DNA from: Octopus vulgaris
Lineage: Eukaryota
Reading direction: 5' to 3'
Length of the DNA stretch: 64,000 nt
NCBI GenBank assembly: GCA_951406725.2
Contig: OX597837.1
Coordinates: forward strand, 10,540,001-10,604,000
The position numbers were made by a program, and so were the translations under genes. Below the pieces are notes generated by a model. The model worked only from the letters and a program-made list of their open reading frames with translations. It was not told the origin of the DNA and did no database searches. This document shows, one piece after another, positions 16,091 through 29,678 of the stretch. Positions within the stretch are counted from its first letter, which is position 1, and each line of letters starts with the position of its first letter.

Positions 16091-16329
16091 ATATATATGT
16101 ACACACACATGCACACACACACACACGCATACACACACAGACACACACGCACACACACAAGGAGCAGAGAGCACTATAGCCATGATTGAAAAAGAGAAAC
16201 CGGTAGAGAAGACAGCATGTATACGGACGAGATGCGCGGGGGGTGTCTGTTAGTCATGCCAGTCAGCCAATTGGCACTTCCCAAACTACAATCAAGGCTG
16301 TTAGGGAATACAGCAGCAGTGGTAGCAGT

Positions 16330-16560
16330 AGCAGCAGAAGCACCGTCCAAAATTTGGGAGCATCACTCCATTATGGGACCCACTTGGGTCTTGTAGTGTG
16401 TCAGTAGCTGATGAGGACTGGAATATTTCCTGGCGAGAAAGAGAATGTCTAAATCTTTGGGATGTAGCCCCTAGCTATGCTACAGATATGTTTTTGCCAG
16501 CAGAGATCCTTACTGATTCTGAGTGAAGCAGAGTATTTGGGTTGATTTTGAGACCCCTAG
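16330..16560 (-). mobile_element. Degenerate CR1-group LINE ORF2 fragment
   Basis: Minus strand reads, with frameshifts, DLCWQKHICSIA...ILFLARKYSSPHQLLTHYKTQVGPIME*CSQILDGAS, matching W..HI...QLL.LYK.QVRP.MEYCS..W.GA. Confidence 0.7.
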
Positions 16561-16609
16561 TTGAATGCCACTCAACTCAAGTTTAGAGAATGTGATGTGC
16601 AGTAAATTT

Positions 16610-17250
16610 CAGGGCCGAATTTACAACATTATTGGCCCTTGGGTAAATCAACGCATTGGACCCTATAGTATTTATCTATTTATTGGGAGTAAGCCACATA
16701 GAAAAGAGCTGGACTCCTAGACTCATGGGAGCTCCAAATAAATCACTGAACTGGGCCCTAAAAAAATTATTCATTGACATTAAATCACAATTTGTATAGA
16801 TCAGAGTCGAGTCCCTAAATCAGTGCCATCCCGGACAAATAAGTGCATTGGGCCCTAAAATATTTATTTATTGACAGGAAGTCCCAGCATAAATTTTGGA
16901 GGCGCGTGGCTTAGTGGTTAGGTTGTTGGGCTCATGACCGTAGGATTGTGGTTTCGATTCCTAGACCGGGAGACGCGTTGTGTTCTTGAGCAAGATACTT
17001 GATTTCGCGTTGCTCTCTCTCCACTCAGATGGCAAAAATGACCAATCCTTCGACGGACCGGCGTCCCCCTGTCCAGGTGGCGAACATATACTCCATGAAA
17101 CCGGCCCTTATCAGTCGGTATGACTCAAGAAGGTAACTTTTTTTCTTACATCATACATTGGTCAGAATTGGGCTCCTAGACCGGTGGGGGTGTCTGAGTA
17201 AATCACTGGACTGGGCCTTATAGTATTTATTTATTGATAGTAAGCTACCG
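16610..17250. repeat. Four diverged ~100-bp tandem units, possibly the interior of a hAT-like element, interrupted by SINE B
   Basis: Recurrent aaatca..g.a.tgggccct a.a.tattta.ttattga near 16645, 16740, 16838 and 17200; begins CAGGGCCGAATTTA. Confidence 0.5.
16898..17140 (+). mobile_element. SINE family B
   Basis: Collinear with the 27997 units. Confidence 0.85.
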
Positions 17251-18019
17251 TTCTAAAAAAGAAAAAAAAAAGAATTATTTCACGTTCTCCCGAAGTTTTT
17301 AAATTCTTAATACGTCAACAATTCCATACAGCATATTCATTTATCGCCAAATTATTAAAAAAACAAAAAGTATGATGCTTGAATGCAACATCTGCCGTCT
17401 TACCTTGTGTCAGAAAAGATACTGCATGCCAAGAGCAAGTAACTCTTGATGCAATTTCGTGCTTTTGACTAACTTTTTTAAACAACAAGATCAGTAAAAA
17501 ATATTTCCGCAATTCCTCAAAGAAAATACATAGTCTACGTCTACCGTTCTGATTTGGAACACAATCAATGCTTTCTGAATGTGCTGTTCTTCGATCTGGT
17601 AGCAAGTTTGGTACATTAGTTATAAATTGTTGACGGAGATTTTGAAAACCTTCCATATTATTGATAAAACGTCTCACAAAAAACCTCATGATGAAAATCA
17701 CCTTATTAATTCTATCTAACGTTGATAAGACCAAACGAGGGTAGGTCTTTTCCACCCCCTAGAGACAATAATTATCCTTAATGGTCATAAGAATTAAGCT
17801 GAGATTGAGATTTTTTAATTAAACCCTGGTACTTGAAGACATCTAACAGATCCTCTCTGTGGTTTTGCCGTAATGCGAGTAAGCAAGTGGCTTATAAAAA
17901 CTACAAGCTCTCAGCAAAATGGTCAACATATTTCTGCAGTTGGCTGGTCAGGCATGAGACGTTTTGGTACAGCCGTTGTGGCGCCGCTCATTCGGCATCA
18001 CTAATTCGATGTTGACTTC

Positions 18020-18359
18020 TTTGATTGAGAAAATTCTATAGTTTGTAAGTTATTTGTTGTTGTTTTTTCTTCAATTTCTGCAATTTCAACCAATCAATGA
18101 CCGTCTGTTGAGGTGAAAACATTCTGTGCCGTGTGAAAATGTCCCTCGTTTAAGAAACAGATTGGGTTTATTTACATTTCTGAAGAAAAAATATACCCTT
18201 CCCCCACCCCTAACCCTAACTAACCATAACTAACCCTAACTCTAACCCTAACCCTAAAACAGATTGAAATGCAATAGATCGATACTAGGGTCATAATTAT
18301 GGGTGACAATTTCATATGACACCGTTAGAAAAAACTGCCGTTCAAACCGAGAAGATCCC
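18020..18359. mobile_element. Truncated second copy of the (CCCTAA)n-containing MITE
   Basis: Collinear with about 47145-47461, including the right TIR (ctgccgttcaaaccgagaagatccc) and a longer degenerate CCCTAA tract at 18208-18256. Confidence 0.85.
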
Positions 18360-19019
18360 TGTTCCTTGCTTTGATAGACTCTTGTCAAAGCTTTATGTTT
18401 AAAAATTCTAGGATAACAATTTTCAAGAATGCCTTGTTTTACTCTAATCCTTGTTTTTGCTACAGGTGTAAAAAGATGTGACGCAGAGTAAAGCAGTTTA
18501 ACGTACAACGAAATTATCTTTTCGAAAGGTGAGGAATCCACTCCAAATTGTTGCTTTCGTTTTTGTCTTTTTTAAGAGTGGCTGTGAGTTTATTTTCTTC
18601 AGTAAAGAAGAGTGAAAAGGGCGGGAGAGAAATGAAAGAAATATCTGACAGCTAAACTTTGAATTGAGGAGTAGAATCTGTTTAAAGTAAAGATTAAATT
18701 ACGGACAATTGTCTCTTGGTTTATAAGTATTTTTGCTCCCGAAATTTTGAATGGCAGTGATAATTGAAAATGTCGTTGAAAGAAACTTTATTTTAAATAT
18801 TGAACGAGAATGGATGTTATTGGGCCGACAGCGTGTGCGCATTCGCCAATATGGATGTGTGGAAAGAGATCACTCTAGCGGTTGTATTTATCAACTTTTC
18901 ACTGACAAGGGGGATAATCTGTCAACGTAATGGCAGTATGATATGATAAAGTTCAAACACCTTGGTGATGTACAAATTGAACTAAGTGTTTTGTAAATGT
19001 TCAGTATGAGAGGGTAAAT

Positions 19020-19430
19020 ACTCTTTTCTACTCTAGACACAAAGTCCGAAATCTTTAGAGAGGTGGGGCCAGTCGATTAGATCGACCCCTGTACGCAACT
19101 GGTACTTAATTTATCAACTCCGAAAGGATGAAAGGCAAAATCGCCCTTGGCGGAATTTGAACTCAGAACGTAACTGCAGACGAAATACCTATTTCTATTT
19201 CTTTACTACCTACAAGGGGCTGAACACAGAGGGGACAAACAAGGACAGACAAACGGATTAAGTCGATTATATCGACCCCAGTGCGTAACTGGTACTTATT
19301 TAATCGACCCTGAAAGCTTGAAAGGCAAAGTCGACCTCGGCGGAATTTGAACTTAGAACGTAACGGTAGACGAAATACTGCTAAGCATTTCGCCCGGCGT
19401 GCTAAAGATTCTGCTTGCTCAACGGCTTTG
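19020..19430 (-). mobile_element. SINE family C, internally duplicated/composite
   Basis: Two copies of gaaaggcaaa.tcg.cct.ggcggaatttgaact; head near 19430. Confidence 0.82.
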
Positions 19431-19919
19431 GGACGGTGAATAATGTATATGATTTGGTGGGTGTTCGCTTTGTAATTTGTTAGTCAGCCGAGTACAAAGA
19501 AGCAGTCATGCAATCATAAATGAATCTATTCGTTCGAAGCTCATGATTCACTGAACAGATATTTAGAGTTTTAGTACCACGTGCGATCTCTCGGACGCAA
19601 AGAAAATGCATTCTCTGGTTGACGATGCCAACAATATACTTTTAGTTATAGGTAAATACCTAAGCAAGAAATTAAGGCCTTTGTATTCAAAATCCCGCAC
19701 AAACAAGATTAGAATTTTTAGTACTGGAAGACATATAATCTAAGAGAAAGACACTTTAAGCTTTTGCTTGTCTTGTGAATCATATGCGATACACGGAACA
19801 TGTTTCTCTGGTCATTCATCTGATGCATGTCCCCATTTTTGTTTGTATCCACTGGAGTAACTTGGGACTTATGAAGGGAGAAGTTTTATATTACCCTGAA
19901 CGCAAACGGATGCTCAACC

Positions 19920-20430
19920 GTAACTTGGTAGACAGAAACTGTAAGGCAGTCCATCGTACACACACACACATACACACATATTATAAGGGTGCGTTATAAT
20001 ACTATTCCACAGCCATACCAACAATCCAATGATACTATTCCACATATACAAAAACAGCCATACCAACAATCCAACACACATCCATCATCAGCTACCCCCT
20101 GGATATCATTATGGTTTCGACACCTGGACAGTACCATTCGATCCGGCAGTTTCAACCGCACACGTGTGTGTGTGTTTGTGTGTGTGTATGAGTGTGTGGC
20201 TGCGTGGATGTGTTTGCTTTTTTTCCCGAACACCATCGCTTGACAACCAGTGTTGGTTTGTTTACGTCGTTGTAATTTAGCAATTCGGCAAAAAAAAACG
20301 CTAGAATAAGTACCAGACTTTGAAAAATAAATAGATACTGGAGTCGGTTTCTTCAACTAAAACCCTTCGAATCTTTACCCCAGCATGGCCGCAGTCGGAT
20401 GACTGAAAAGGATGAAAGCGAAAGAGAATG
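19920..20430 (+). mobile_element. SINE family A, 5'-truncated, with a ~170-bp insert in its microsatellite
   Basis: ttggtagacagaaactg...caccatcgcttgacaacc...cagcatggccgcagtcggatgactgaaa. Confidence 0.8.
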
Positions 20431-21297
20431 AAACAAAATCACTGAAGTGGGTGACAGATGAGACGTTCGATAAAACCGACGGATGAAGATCTGTTGCAAA
20501 ACAACAATACAGATATAACCTCGCATTGTTATAACATCATTTAAAACGATATCAACATCTGAGCCGTGAAATTCAAACTATGATAATAAAAATAAAAAGG
20601 AAAATTGTTTAAGCCAAGTTAAGAAAACATCAATAAAAATCTATGATGTGATTGAAAAAAAAAATTCAATAATGTGCGCCCCCAAAGATCTTTTTAAAGC
20701 GGTAAAATTAATAACAAGTAAAATTGCACCAAGAAAAGATATTATCAGAGAACGGTAGTAAAATGTTTTGCGTTATGAAGATAGAAAGATGTGAAGAAAG
20801 AAATGATGGAAAGAAAACGTTTGTAGGTTATTTCAAGAAGACAACATAGTTTAGTACGTTTATATATTTGTTGTGCAAGATTTTTTATGTGAAGTCGTGT
20901 GTTGAAACAGATATTTTTATATTTCGGAATGGTCATTTTGCCAGTTTAGCCAATAAAAACACACGCACTATATATTTGGTGTTATTTTGCTTCAATGTTA
21001 TTTATTTTTTTACATTAATCTTAATCTTATTTCGGCCAGAGTTCTTTCGTCACACTCCTGTGACCGCATCAGTGGTCCTTTGTTTAGTATCAAAATATGA
21101 AAAAATAATCGAAATTATACAAAAACTTGTTCATGTCGAAACAGCGCGAAATGAGATACAAAAGCGAACTACGAGAGTGAAGACAAACCAACGGTTGAAG
21201 TTTTACCTGGTGTTTCTACGATACTGTGGAGTTAGAACCCTTTCGTCAGGATATGTGGATATTTGGGAGATGAGACTATTATAGTCGCTCGGATAAA

Positions 21298-22033
21298 ATT
21301 GGCACTTCGTCGGTTGCGACGACGAGGGCTCCAGTTGATCCAATCTGCAGAACAGCCTGCTCATGAAATAAACGTGCAAGTGGCTGAGCACTCCATAGAC
21401 ATATGTACCTATTTATTTACTACCCACAAGGGGCTAAACACAGAGGGGACAAACAAGGACAGACAAACGGATTAAGTCGATTACATCGACCCCAGTGCGT
21501 AACTGGTACTTAATTTATCGACCCTGAAAGGATGAAAGGCAAAGTCGACGGAATTTGAAATCACAACGTAACGGCAGACGGAATACCTATTTCTTTACTA
21601 CCCACAAGGGACTAAACACAGAGAGGACAAACAAGGACAGACAAAGGGATTAAGTCGATTACATCGACCCCCAGTGCGTAACTAGTACTTAGTTTATCGA
21701 CCCCGAAAGGATGAAAGGCAAAGTCGACCCCAGCAGAATTTGAACTCAGAACGTAGCAACAGACGAAATACGGCTACGCATTTCGCCCGGCGTGCTAACG
21801 TTTCTGCCAGCTCGCCACAGACATCTGTACCCTTAACGTAGTTCTCAAAGAGCTTCAGCGTGGCACAGAATGCGAAAAGGTTGACCCTTCTGAATTACAG
21901 GTACAACTGGTTTTTGCCTGTTGAGTGGACTGGAGCAACGTGAAAGAAAGTGTCTTGCTCAAGGACACAACGAGCCATCCGGAATCGAACTCACGACCTT
22001 ACAATCGTGAGCCGATTACTCCTAACCACTAAG
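21298..22033 (-). mobile_element. Family-B-type SINE hosting a nested SINE C (21410-21815)
   Basis: Host halves rejoin across a 16-bp TSD with 2 mismatches (21394-21409 / 21816-21831). Confidence 0.8.
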
Positions 22034-22037
22034 TTAT

Positions 22038-22155
22038 ATGGTTCCCGGGTTCAGTTCCACTGTGTGGCACCTGGGGCAAGTGTCTTTTACCATAGCCATA
22101 GCCCGGCCAAAGTCTTGTTAGAGGACTTGGTAGACGGAAACTGACAGAAGCCCGT

Positions 22156-22215
<60 letters not shown>

Positions 22216-22835
22216 GTCCCCTACCAGCGCTTGATAACCGGTGTGGATGTGTTTACGTCCTCGTAACTTAGCAGTTCGTTAAAAGACACTGGTAGAATAA
22301 GTACCAGGATTTTAAAAAATAAGTATAATGCTTCAAGGAACTGCACCAGCATGGCCGCAGTCTAATGATTGAAACAAAAGAAAAAAGAGAGAATAAAAGA
22401 AAGAAAACGAATGATAAATAAATAGGCGTAGGGGTGGCTGTGTGGTAAGTAGCTTGCTTACCAACCACATGGTTCCGGGTTCATTCCCACTGCGTAGCAT
22501 CTTGGGCAAGTGTCTTCTACTATAGCCTCATCCCAACCAAAGCCTTGTGAGTGGATTTAGTAGACGGAAACTGAAAGAAGCCCGTCGTATATATATATAT
22601 GTGTGTATGTGTATATGTATGTGTGTCTATGTTTGTCCCCTAACATCGCTTGACAACCGATGCTGGTGTGTTTACGTCCCCGTAACTTAGCGGTTCGGCA
22701 AAAAGAGACCGATAGAATAAACACTAGGCTTACAAAAGAATAAGTCCTGGGAGTCGATTTGCTCGACTAAAGGCGGTGCTCCAGCATGGCCGCAGTCAAA
22801 TGACTGAAACAAGTAAAAGCGTAAAAGAGTAATTA
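22038..22835 (+). mobile_element. Two adjacent SINE A copies (22038-22400 partial; 22425-22835 full)
   Basis: Both carry body and tail; the second has an intact A/B-box head and gtaaaa repeat tail. Confidence 0.9.
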
Positions 22836-23380
22836 AATATAAAAAAGAAAACAAGGAGACTCCATAGAAATACAAGAGGAACGGAACATTTGAACTGATA
22901 AATTATTTCTGTGAATCATACTTAAAAGCCATTGTTGTTAGAATTAAAATGAACTGGGAAATAGAAATAGCGGAGGAAGCGGTTAGGGTTTCGAAACTGG
23001 AAGACGGAAAAAGTGGAAAATGATAGAGAATTATTTATTGCTTATATTGACTATTAAAAAGCTTTTGACACTGATATTCGTGAAGAATTATGATCAGTGA
23101 TGACAGAAATGGGATTTCTTCAGCCTTTTATAGAATTAGTATTGTCAGTTTATTCTCAGGATACGGCGAGCCATCAAATTTAATTTGTGCTACGTTGAGT
23201 GTTTTAAGATTGAGCCGGGGGTACGACAAGGATGTATCCTTTTCGCCTTTTGTTTAATAGCCATTTTGACGACGATGACGAAGGCGTTGGCGTAGTCGTT
23301 ATTTGTCGGCGGTGTCCGTCCGCCCATTCGTTCGTCGTCGTTAATGGTAATGATAATGATGGTGATGATGATGTTGATGA

Positions 23381-23427
<47 letters not shown>

Positions 23428-23445
23428 AGATGCTGATGATAATGA

Positions 23446-23477
<32 letters not shown>

Positions 23478-23879
23478 ATGCTGCTGCTGCTGCTGATGAT
23501 GATGATGATGGAGATGATGATAATGATGATGATGAAAAATAGCAGATAGTAAGAAACTTTGAGTAGCGATTGAGTGAAACAGCAGCTTCGATCGAACCAC
23601 GTCTGCTGCGTGAAGTAGTGATCTCTCGTTTGCTTATGGAAACGCGTATCTCTCTCCCACTCTCTCTCTTTCTCTCTATCTCTTACTCTCTCTCTCTTTC
23701 TCTCGCTCCCGCTCCTTCTCTCCTTCACCTTCTTTTCCTTACTTCCTCTTCCTCCCTCCCTATCTCTCTTTTTGTCTCTCTCCCGCCTTGTCTCTTTATC
23801 CCATATGTGTGTGTTGGCGTACAAACGCACACACACACACATACTTGCATAAACGCACACATATATGTATGCATATATA

Positions 23880-23941
<62 letters not shown>

Positions 23942-24024
23942 TAGATATGTTTCGACCAAAGATTGGTCCAGGCCATGTCTAACTTAATAGCACCACATAT
24001 ATATATATATATATCTGTGTGTGC

Positions 24025-24070
<46 letters not shown>

Positions 24071-24078
24071 GTGTGTAT

Positions 24079-24119
<41 letters not shown>

Positions 24120-24379
24120 ATCTCTCTCTCTCTCGCACACACACACACACACACCCTAATTCTACAAAAGAACGGTTGGCAGAATCTCGAAACGTTGGTT
24201 TTCTTGCCGTCATCAGAATGTTTGTGTACGGTGCGTGGGATGAAGTTTCGAAGTTACTGTCAACGTTTTTTCCATGTAAAAATTAATAATCTTGAACTCT
24301 ACTAAAACGTACTGAGTGATCCTTTAGCTTAATCTTATAATCATTTTCGTTTATAGCTTCAAACAGAAACAAATATTTA

Positions 24380-24628
24380 TAGACAGACAGACAGACCGAC
24401 AGACAGACAGACTGACACACAGACAGAAAGACAGACAGGCACACAGACAGATACACAGACACACAGACAGATAGACAGACACACAGACAGAAAGACAGGC
24501 AGACACACAGGCAGACAGACAGACAGACCGACAGACAGATAGGAAGACAGACTGACACACAGACAGAAAGACAGACAGGCACACAGACAGAGAAATACAG
24601 ATAGACAGACACACAGACAGACAGACAA

Positions 24629-24671
<43 letters not shown>

Positions 24672-24672
24672 T

Positions 24673-24770
<98 letters not shown>
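24380..24770. repeat. Compound (GACA)n/(GATA)n tract with higher-order duplication
   Basis: The cagaccgacagacag...actgacacacagacagaaagacagacaggcacacagacag block occurs twice. Confidence 0.85.
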
Positions 24771-25316
24771 GTTTCAGAGCAATATAATTCATAAGTCAAT
24801 GTAGTATGTAGGTAGGACAGGAGAATAAGAAAAAAAACAAAAATTTAATAAGAAAAAAAAAGACAATTCTATTGTTTAAAATATCCACAAATATTTTACC
24901 AGAAACATAAATTGTGTTTCGGAGAAACTGATTACAATTATACAAACAAACAGGTGGACCCTTCATCAGCGGGGAAATAAATACGAAGAACATAAATCGA
25001 ATTTACGAAGCTCGTATTCATTAGCAACAACATAGGCTTATAAACAATGAGCTGTCGTCGAACGAAATGCGGCTGGAATTTTTCAGGATTCCTGAATATT
25101 TTGCACGGAACAGCAATTGCAAAGAGCATCATGAAGTTCGATTTTAGGTGAACCGAGAGTCACCAATAGAATTATTTCTCAACATTTGTATCTGAAATGT
25201 AGTCTAAAGCAACGATCCGGTAGAGTGAGTCGTAAATTAAATGGAACTAGGTAACTTAATATAAAACAGACTAACTGAATAAAAAGCAATCATTGCATAT
25301 ATTTATATATATATAA

Positions 25317-25723
25317 CTCTTTTACTCTTTTACTTGTTTCAGTCATTTGACTGCGGCCATGCTGGAGCACCGCCTTTAGTCGAGCAAATCGACCCCGGGA
25401 CTTATTCTTTTTGTAAGCCCAGTACTTATTCTATCGGTCTCTTTTTGCCGAACCGCTAAGTGACGGGGACGTAAACACACCAGCATCGGTTGTCAAGCAA
25501 TGCTAGGGGAACAAACACAGACACACAAATACACACATACATATATACATATACATATACATATATCCGACAGGCTTCTTTCAGTTTCCGTCTACCAATC
25601 CCACTCACAAGGCATTGGTCGGCCCGGGGCTATAACAGAAGACACTTGCCCAAGATGCCACGCAGTGGGACTGAACCCGGAACCATGTGGTTGGTAAGCA
25701 AGCTACTTACCACACGGCCACTC
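25317..25723 (-). mobile_element. SINE family A
   Basis: Reverse complement of the consensus; near-identical to 56098-56508. Confidence 0.9.
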
Positions 25724-25785
25724 CATAAACATATACCGACCGACCTACCTACATACATACATATATTCATTCATACATACACACA

Positions 25786-25820
<35 letters not shown>

Positions 25821-25821
<1 letters not shown>

Positions 25822-26097
25822 GCGCAATGGCCCAGTGGTTAGGGCAGCGGACTCGCGGTCGTAAGATCGCGGTTTCGATTCCCAGACCGGGCGCGTGTGT
25901 GTTTATTGAGGAAAAACACCTAAAGCTCCACGAAGCTCCAGCAGGGGTGGTGGCGAACCCTGCTGTACTCTTTCGCCCCAACTTTCTCTCACTCTCTCTT
26001 CCTGTTTCTTGAGTAACGCTGCGATGGACTGGCATCCCGTCCAGCTTGGGTAAACACATACACCATAGAAACCGGGAAGGCGGGCCCATGAGCCTAT
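25821..26097 (+). mobile_element. SINE family B variant
   Basis: ggcgcaatggcccagtggttagggc head, gtttcgattccc B box, ctgcgatggactggcatcccgtcc domain. Confidence 0.8.
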
Positions 26098-26879
26098 CTT
26101 GAAAGAAAATGTTTCGTGATACATGGCCAAATGTTTCGTTAAAAGAGCTTTTCAAACGTTTGGAAAACTCTTTTGAGCAAAACAGCTGGCCATGTGATAA
26201 CCTGTGCGCTAGTTTATTGCTAGACTGAAATAACTGATGTGATAGATTGCTGTTAGCTTGTGATATCTGTAAGTTAATTTGTGGACTGGGTGTGATATCT
26301 AAACACCCAATTGTCGCTAGGGTGCGATATTTGTATTTTAGCGTGTTACTAGTATTTAGCGTATACATTTGTAAGACTTCGGTACTAAGATGTGATATCA
26401 TCATCATCATCCATCATCATCATCATCATCATCGTTTAACGTCTGTTTTCCATGCTAGCATGGGTTGGACGGGTATCTGAGTCTTAATCTGTTACTAGGG
26501 TGTGATAAATGTTTGTTAGTTGCTAGGATGTTATATCTCTTAAGTTTTGTGTGATATGCGTTTTTATTAATAAAAATTCCATGGTGTATATTTTGTTTTG
26601 TTTTTGTTTTTGTTTTTTTTTATTTTTATTTTGCTCGCATTGTGTTTTTCTGAAAATTCTCGCCTTTTACTAACATTACGAACATTATCAAGATACTTAC
26701 ACGATCATCTCATCCGTCCATCCATCTTCTCCGCTCACTGTTCTCGGGAGGGTCGAGGTAGGAGGGAGGGGGTAGAGTCCTCGGGCACCCCCGCAATAGG
26801 GTCTTATCGGAACCAACCTCTGACTGCACTTTATAGTTGGATTCCCGAGTGCGATCAGTTTGGGACTATTCTTTTAGTA

Positions 26880-27096
26880 TTTTACTTTGCTTCAGTCGTC
26901 TGACTGCGGCCATGCTGGAGCACCACTTCGAAGAGTTTTAGTCGAACATGACTCTTTTGCCGAACCGCTATGTTACGGGGACGTAAACTCACCAACACCG
27001 GTTGTCAAGTGGTGATGGGTACAGACACAGAAACTAAGACAACCGTGCACGCATACACACATATCTATACTCCTGCATCTATTTATGTATATATAC

Positions 27097-27143
<47 letters not shown>

Positions 27144-27209
27144 TATACATATATATATACATATATATACATATATATATATACATATATATATACATAT
27201 ATATATATA

Positions 27210-27262
<53 letters not shown>

Positions 27263-27283
27263 CATATACATATATATATATAC

Positions 27284-27361
<78 letters not shown>

Positions 27362-27597
27362 TATATATACATATCCATATATATATATATATTATATACA
27401 TACATATATATGTATATAGATGTGTGCGTGTGTGTGTACGGCGGGATTCTACACAGTTTCCGTCTAATTCACTCACTAGATATTGGTCGGACAGAGGCTA
27501 TAGTAGAATACAATTGACAAATGGTACCGCATAGTGGGACCGAACCCGGAACCATACGCCTGCAAATCGAGCTTCTTAACCACACGAATATGCTTGC
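26880..27597 (-). mobile_element. SINE family A, diverged, with a ~370-bp internal (TA)-rich tract
   Basis: Tail at 26880-27015, head at 27438-27597. Confidence 0.8.
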
Positions 27598-27996
27598 GTT
27601 GTAGTAGAAACATGGTCAGCGGCGGCCATTTTGACAAACTAAGACTGCATCGTTGGAGAATCCTGCGCTATTTTTATAATGTCTGTCGAAACGCAAATAT
27701 TTGTTCTCGTATCAATAATCGATACGAGAGCGAATCACTCGCCAAACAATTGCAAATCAAGAATAATTGGGTTCTAAAGACGTGGAAAATAACTATTTTG
27801 TGTATCTTTTCCTGCAGCCTAAGAAAAAAAAACTGAAGCCATGTAACAATCTGATTTCTAAATGTGAACGTAGCAATAAGTAATAAACGCATATTGATAT
27901 GATTGAAGTCTTAGGTGCGACAAAAACCTCCCACATTTTGTCCACGGGTTTTAACCAATAACGATAATTTTAAGCAAAATGGTAAAACATTAGGTA

Positions 27997-28504
27997 GTGG
28001 AGGCGCGTGGCTTAGTGGTTAGGGTGTCAGCACCATGATGGTAAGATTGTGGTTTCGATTCCTGGACCGGGCCACTCGTTGTGTTCTTGAGCAAAACACT
28101 TCATTTCACGTTGCTCCAATCCACTCAGCTGGCAAAAGTAAGTAACTCTGCGATGGACTGGCGTCCCGTCCAACTGGAGAACACATACGCCATAGAAACC
28201 GGGCCCATGAGCCTGGCTAGGCTTTAAAAGGGCGCATTTATTTGTGGAGGCGCGTGGCTTAGTGGTTAGTGTGTTAGCATCACGATCGTAAGATTGTGGT
28301 TTCGTTTCTTGGAGCGGGCGACGCGTTGTGTTCTTGAGCAAAACACTTCATTTCCCGCTGCTCCAGTCCACTCAGCTGGCAAAAATGAGTAACGCTGCGA
28401 TGGACTGGCGTCCCGTCCAGCTGGGGAACACATACGCCCTGGAAACCTGGCCCATGAGCCTTAAAGGCTTTAAAAAGGGCGCATTTACTATTTTTTATTT
28501 ATTT
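27997..28504 (+). mobile_element. tRNA-derived SINE family B, head-to-tail dimer
   Basis: Two units starting gtggaggcgcgtggcttagtggttag (27997, 28244) with B box gtttcg.ttcc and ctgcgatggactggcgtcccgtcc domain; single 14-bp TSD TAAAACATTAGGTA. Confidence 0.9.
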
Positions 28505-29481
28505 TAAAACATTAGGTACATTAAAGTATCTTTACTGTCTGTTTAACTCCATAAGCGCAATAGTAGTGGTCGTATAAAATATAAGGTATTTCTGTCCTTT
28601 CTGTCACACCCTGTGTTTTGGGGTTTTTTTGGGTTTAAAAAAAATTTTTTTGTCCCCTATGGCCTCTTTCATTGTTCCCGCGGGAAATTTATCCTCAAAA
28701 TGGAGCTCCAGTTAGAATGCTTGTAAGAAAATGGATTCCCCGAATGTTCCCCAAGAGCCAGGTACTGGTATTTAACACCTGACTACAAATGAAATGTACG
28801 AAGCAAGAACGGCAACGAATCCTCCAATAAGATTCCATACGAAACAGTTCGGCAAAACAGACCGATAAAATAAATATCAGACTTTAAGAAAAAAAAAATG
28901 ATCATGAGTACTTTTCAATATTCCAAAGCGGTGCACCAGCATGGGCGTAGTGCAATGACTGAAACAAATAAAAGATAAAATATTTTTTTTTAAAACCGCT
29001 AAGTAGTTGTTAGTTCATAAGAGATATACACATCACCGACGAGGCGTGTAAAATATGCTGCATAAAACAACACCAAAAGACATTTGGCATTATACATTTC
29101 ACTGAGGGGCAAGAGGTGGATGCTATTGTACCAACCAACAGATTAGCGTTCTTAGGTAGACTTGATTTTATGTTTATTTCTTAGCGAGGAAGGAATTCCG
29201 TTAAGCGTGTGAGCTCTGTGTGGGAGTATGGGACACACGTGTGTGCTCGCGCATATCATGAGATATTGTTGGAGTCAGATAGCATTCATTCTCCGAATCT
29301 TTAACCCACACCACCCGCTGCCCCACCTTGGTTATTTGGCATACTGATTTACAAATTCTCAGAGCTATTTTCATGCAATACACACACACACATACACACA
29401 TGCATTATATATATATTTATATATCTGCGCGCGTTTGTGTGTCTGTGTGTGAGTACATATATGCATATTTATAGATGAAAG

Positions 29482-29524
<43 letters not shown>

Positions 29525-29606
29525 TATATACATATATATGTGTATATGTATATATATGTATATATGTATATATATGTATATATATATACATATATATATA
29601 TATATG

Positions 29607-29678
<72 letters not shown>

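Noticed and set aside
18208-18256. Telomere or chromosome-fusion scar
   Set aside because: The short degenerate tract lies at a fixed position inside a MITE that is also present at 47031
21029-21075. Minus-strand hammerhead candidate (CTGATGC...GAAA)
   Set aside because: A9 is missing and there is no clear stem I or cleavage triplet
22425-22495. tRNA-like sequences at SINE heads
   Set aside because: A and B boxes are present but run into SINE bodies without a complete cloverleaf; these are SINE promoters, not tRNA genes
24910-24975. Minus-strand CTGATGA...GAAAC
   Set aside because: Stem II is weak and stem I cannot be formed; similar incomplete cores at 16409, 32956, 40868 and 59498 were also dropped
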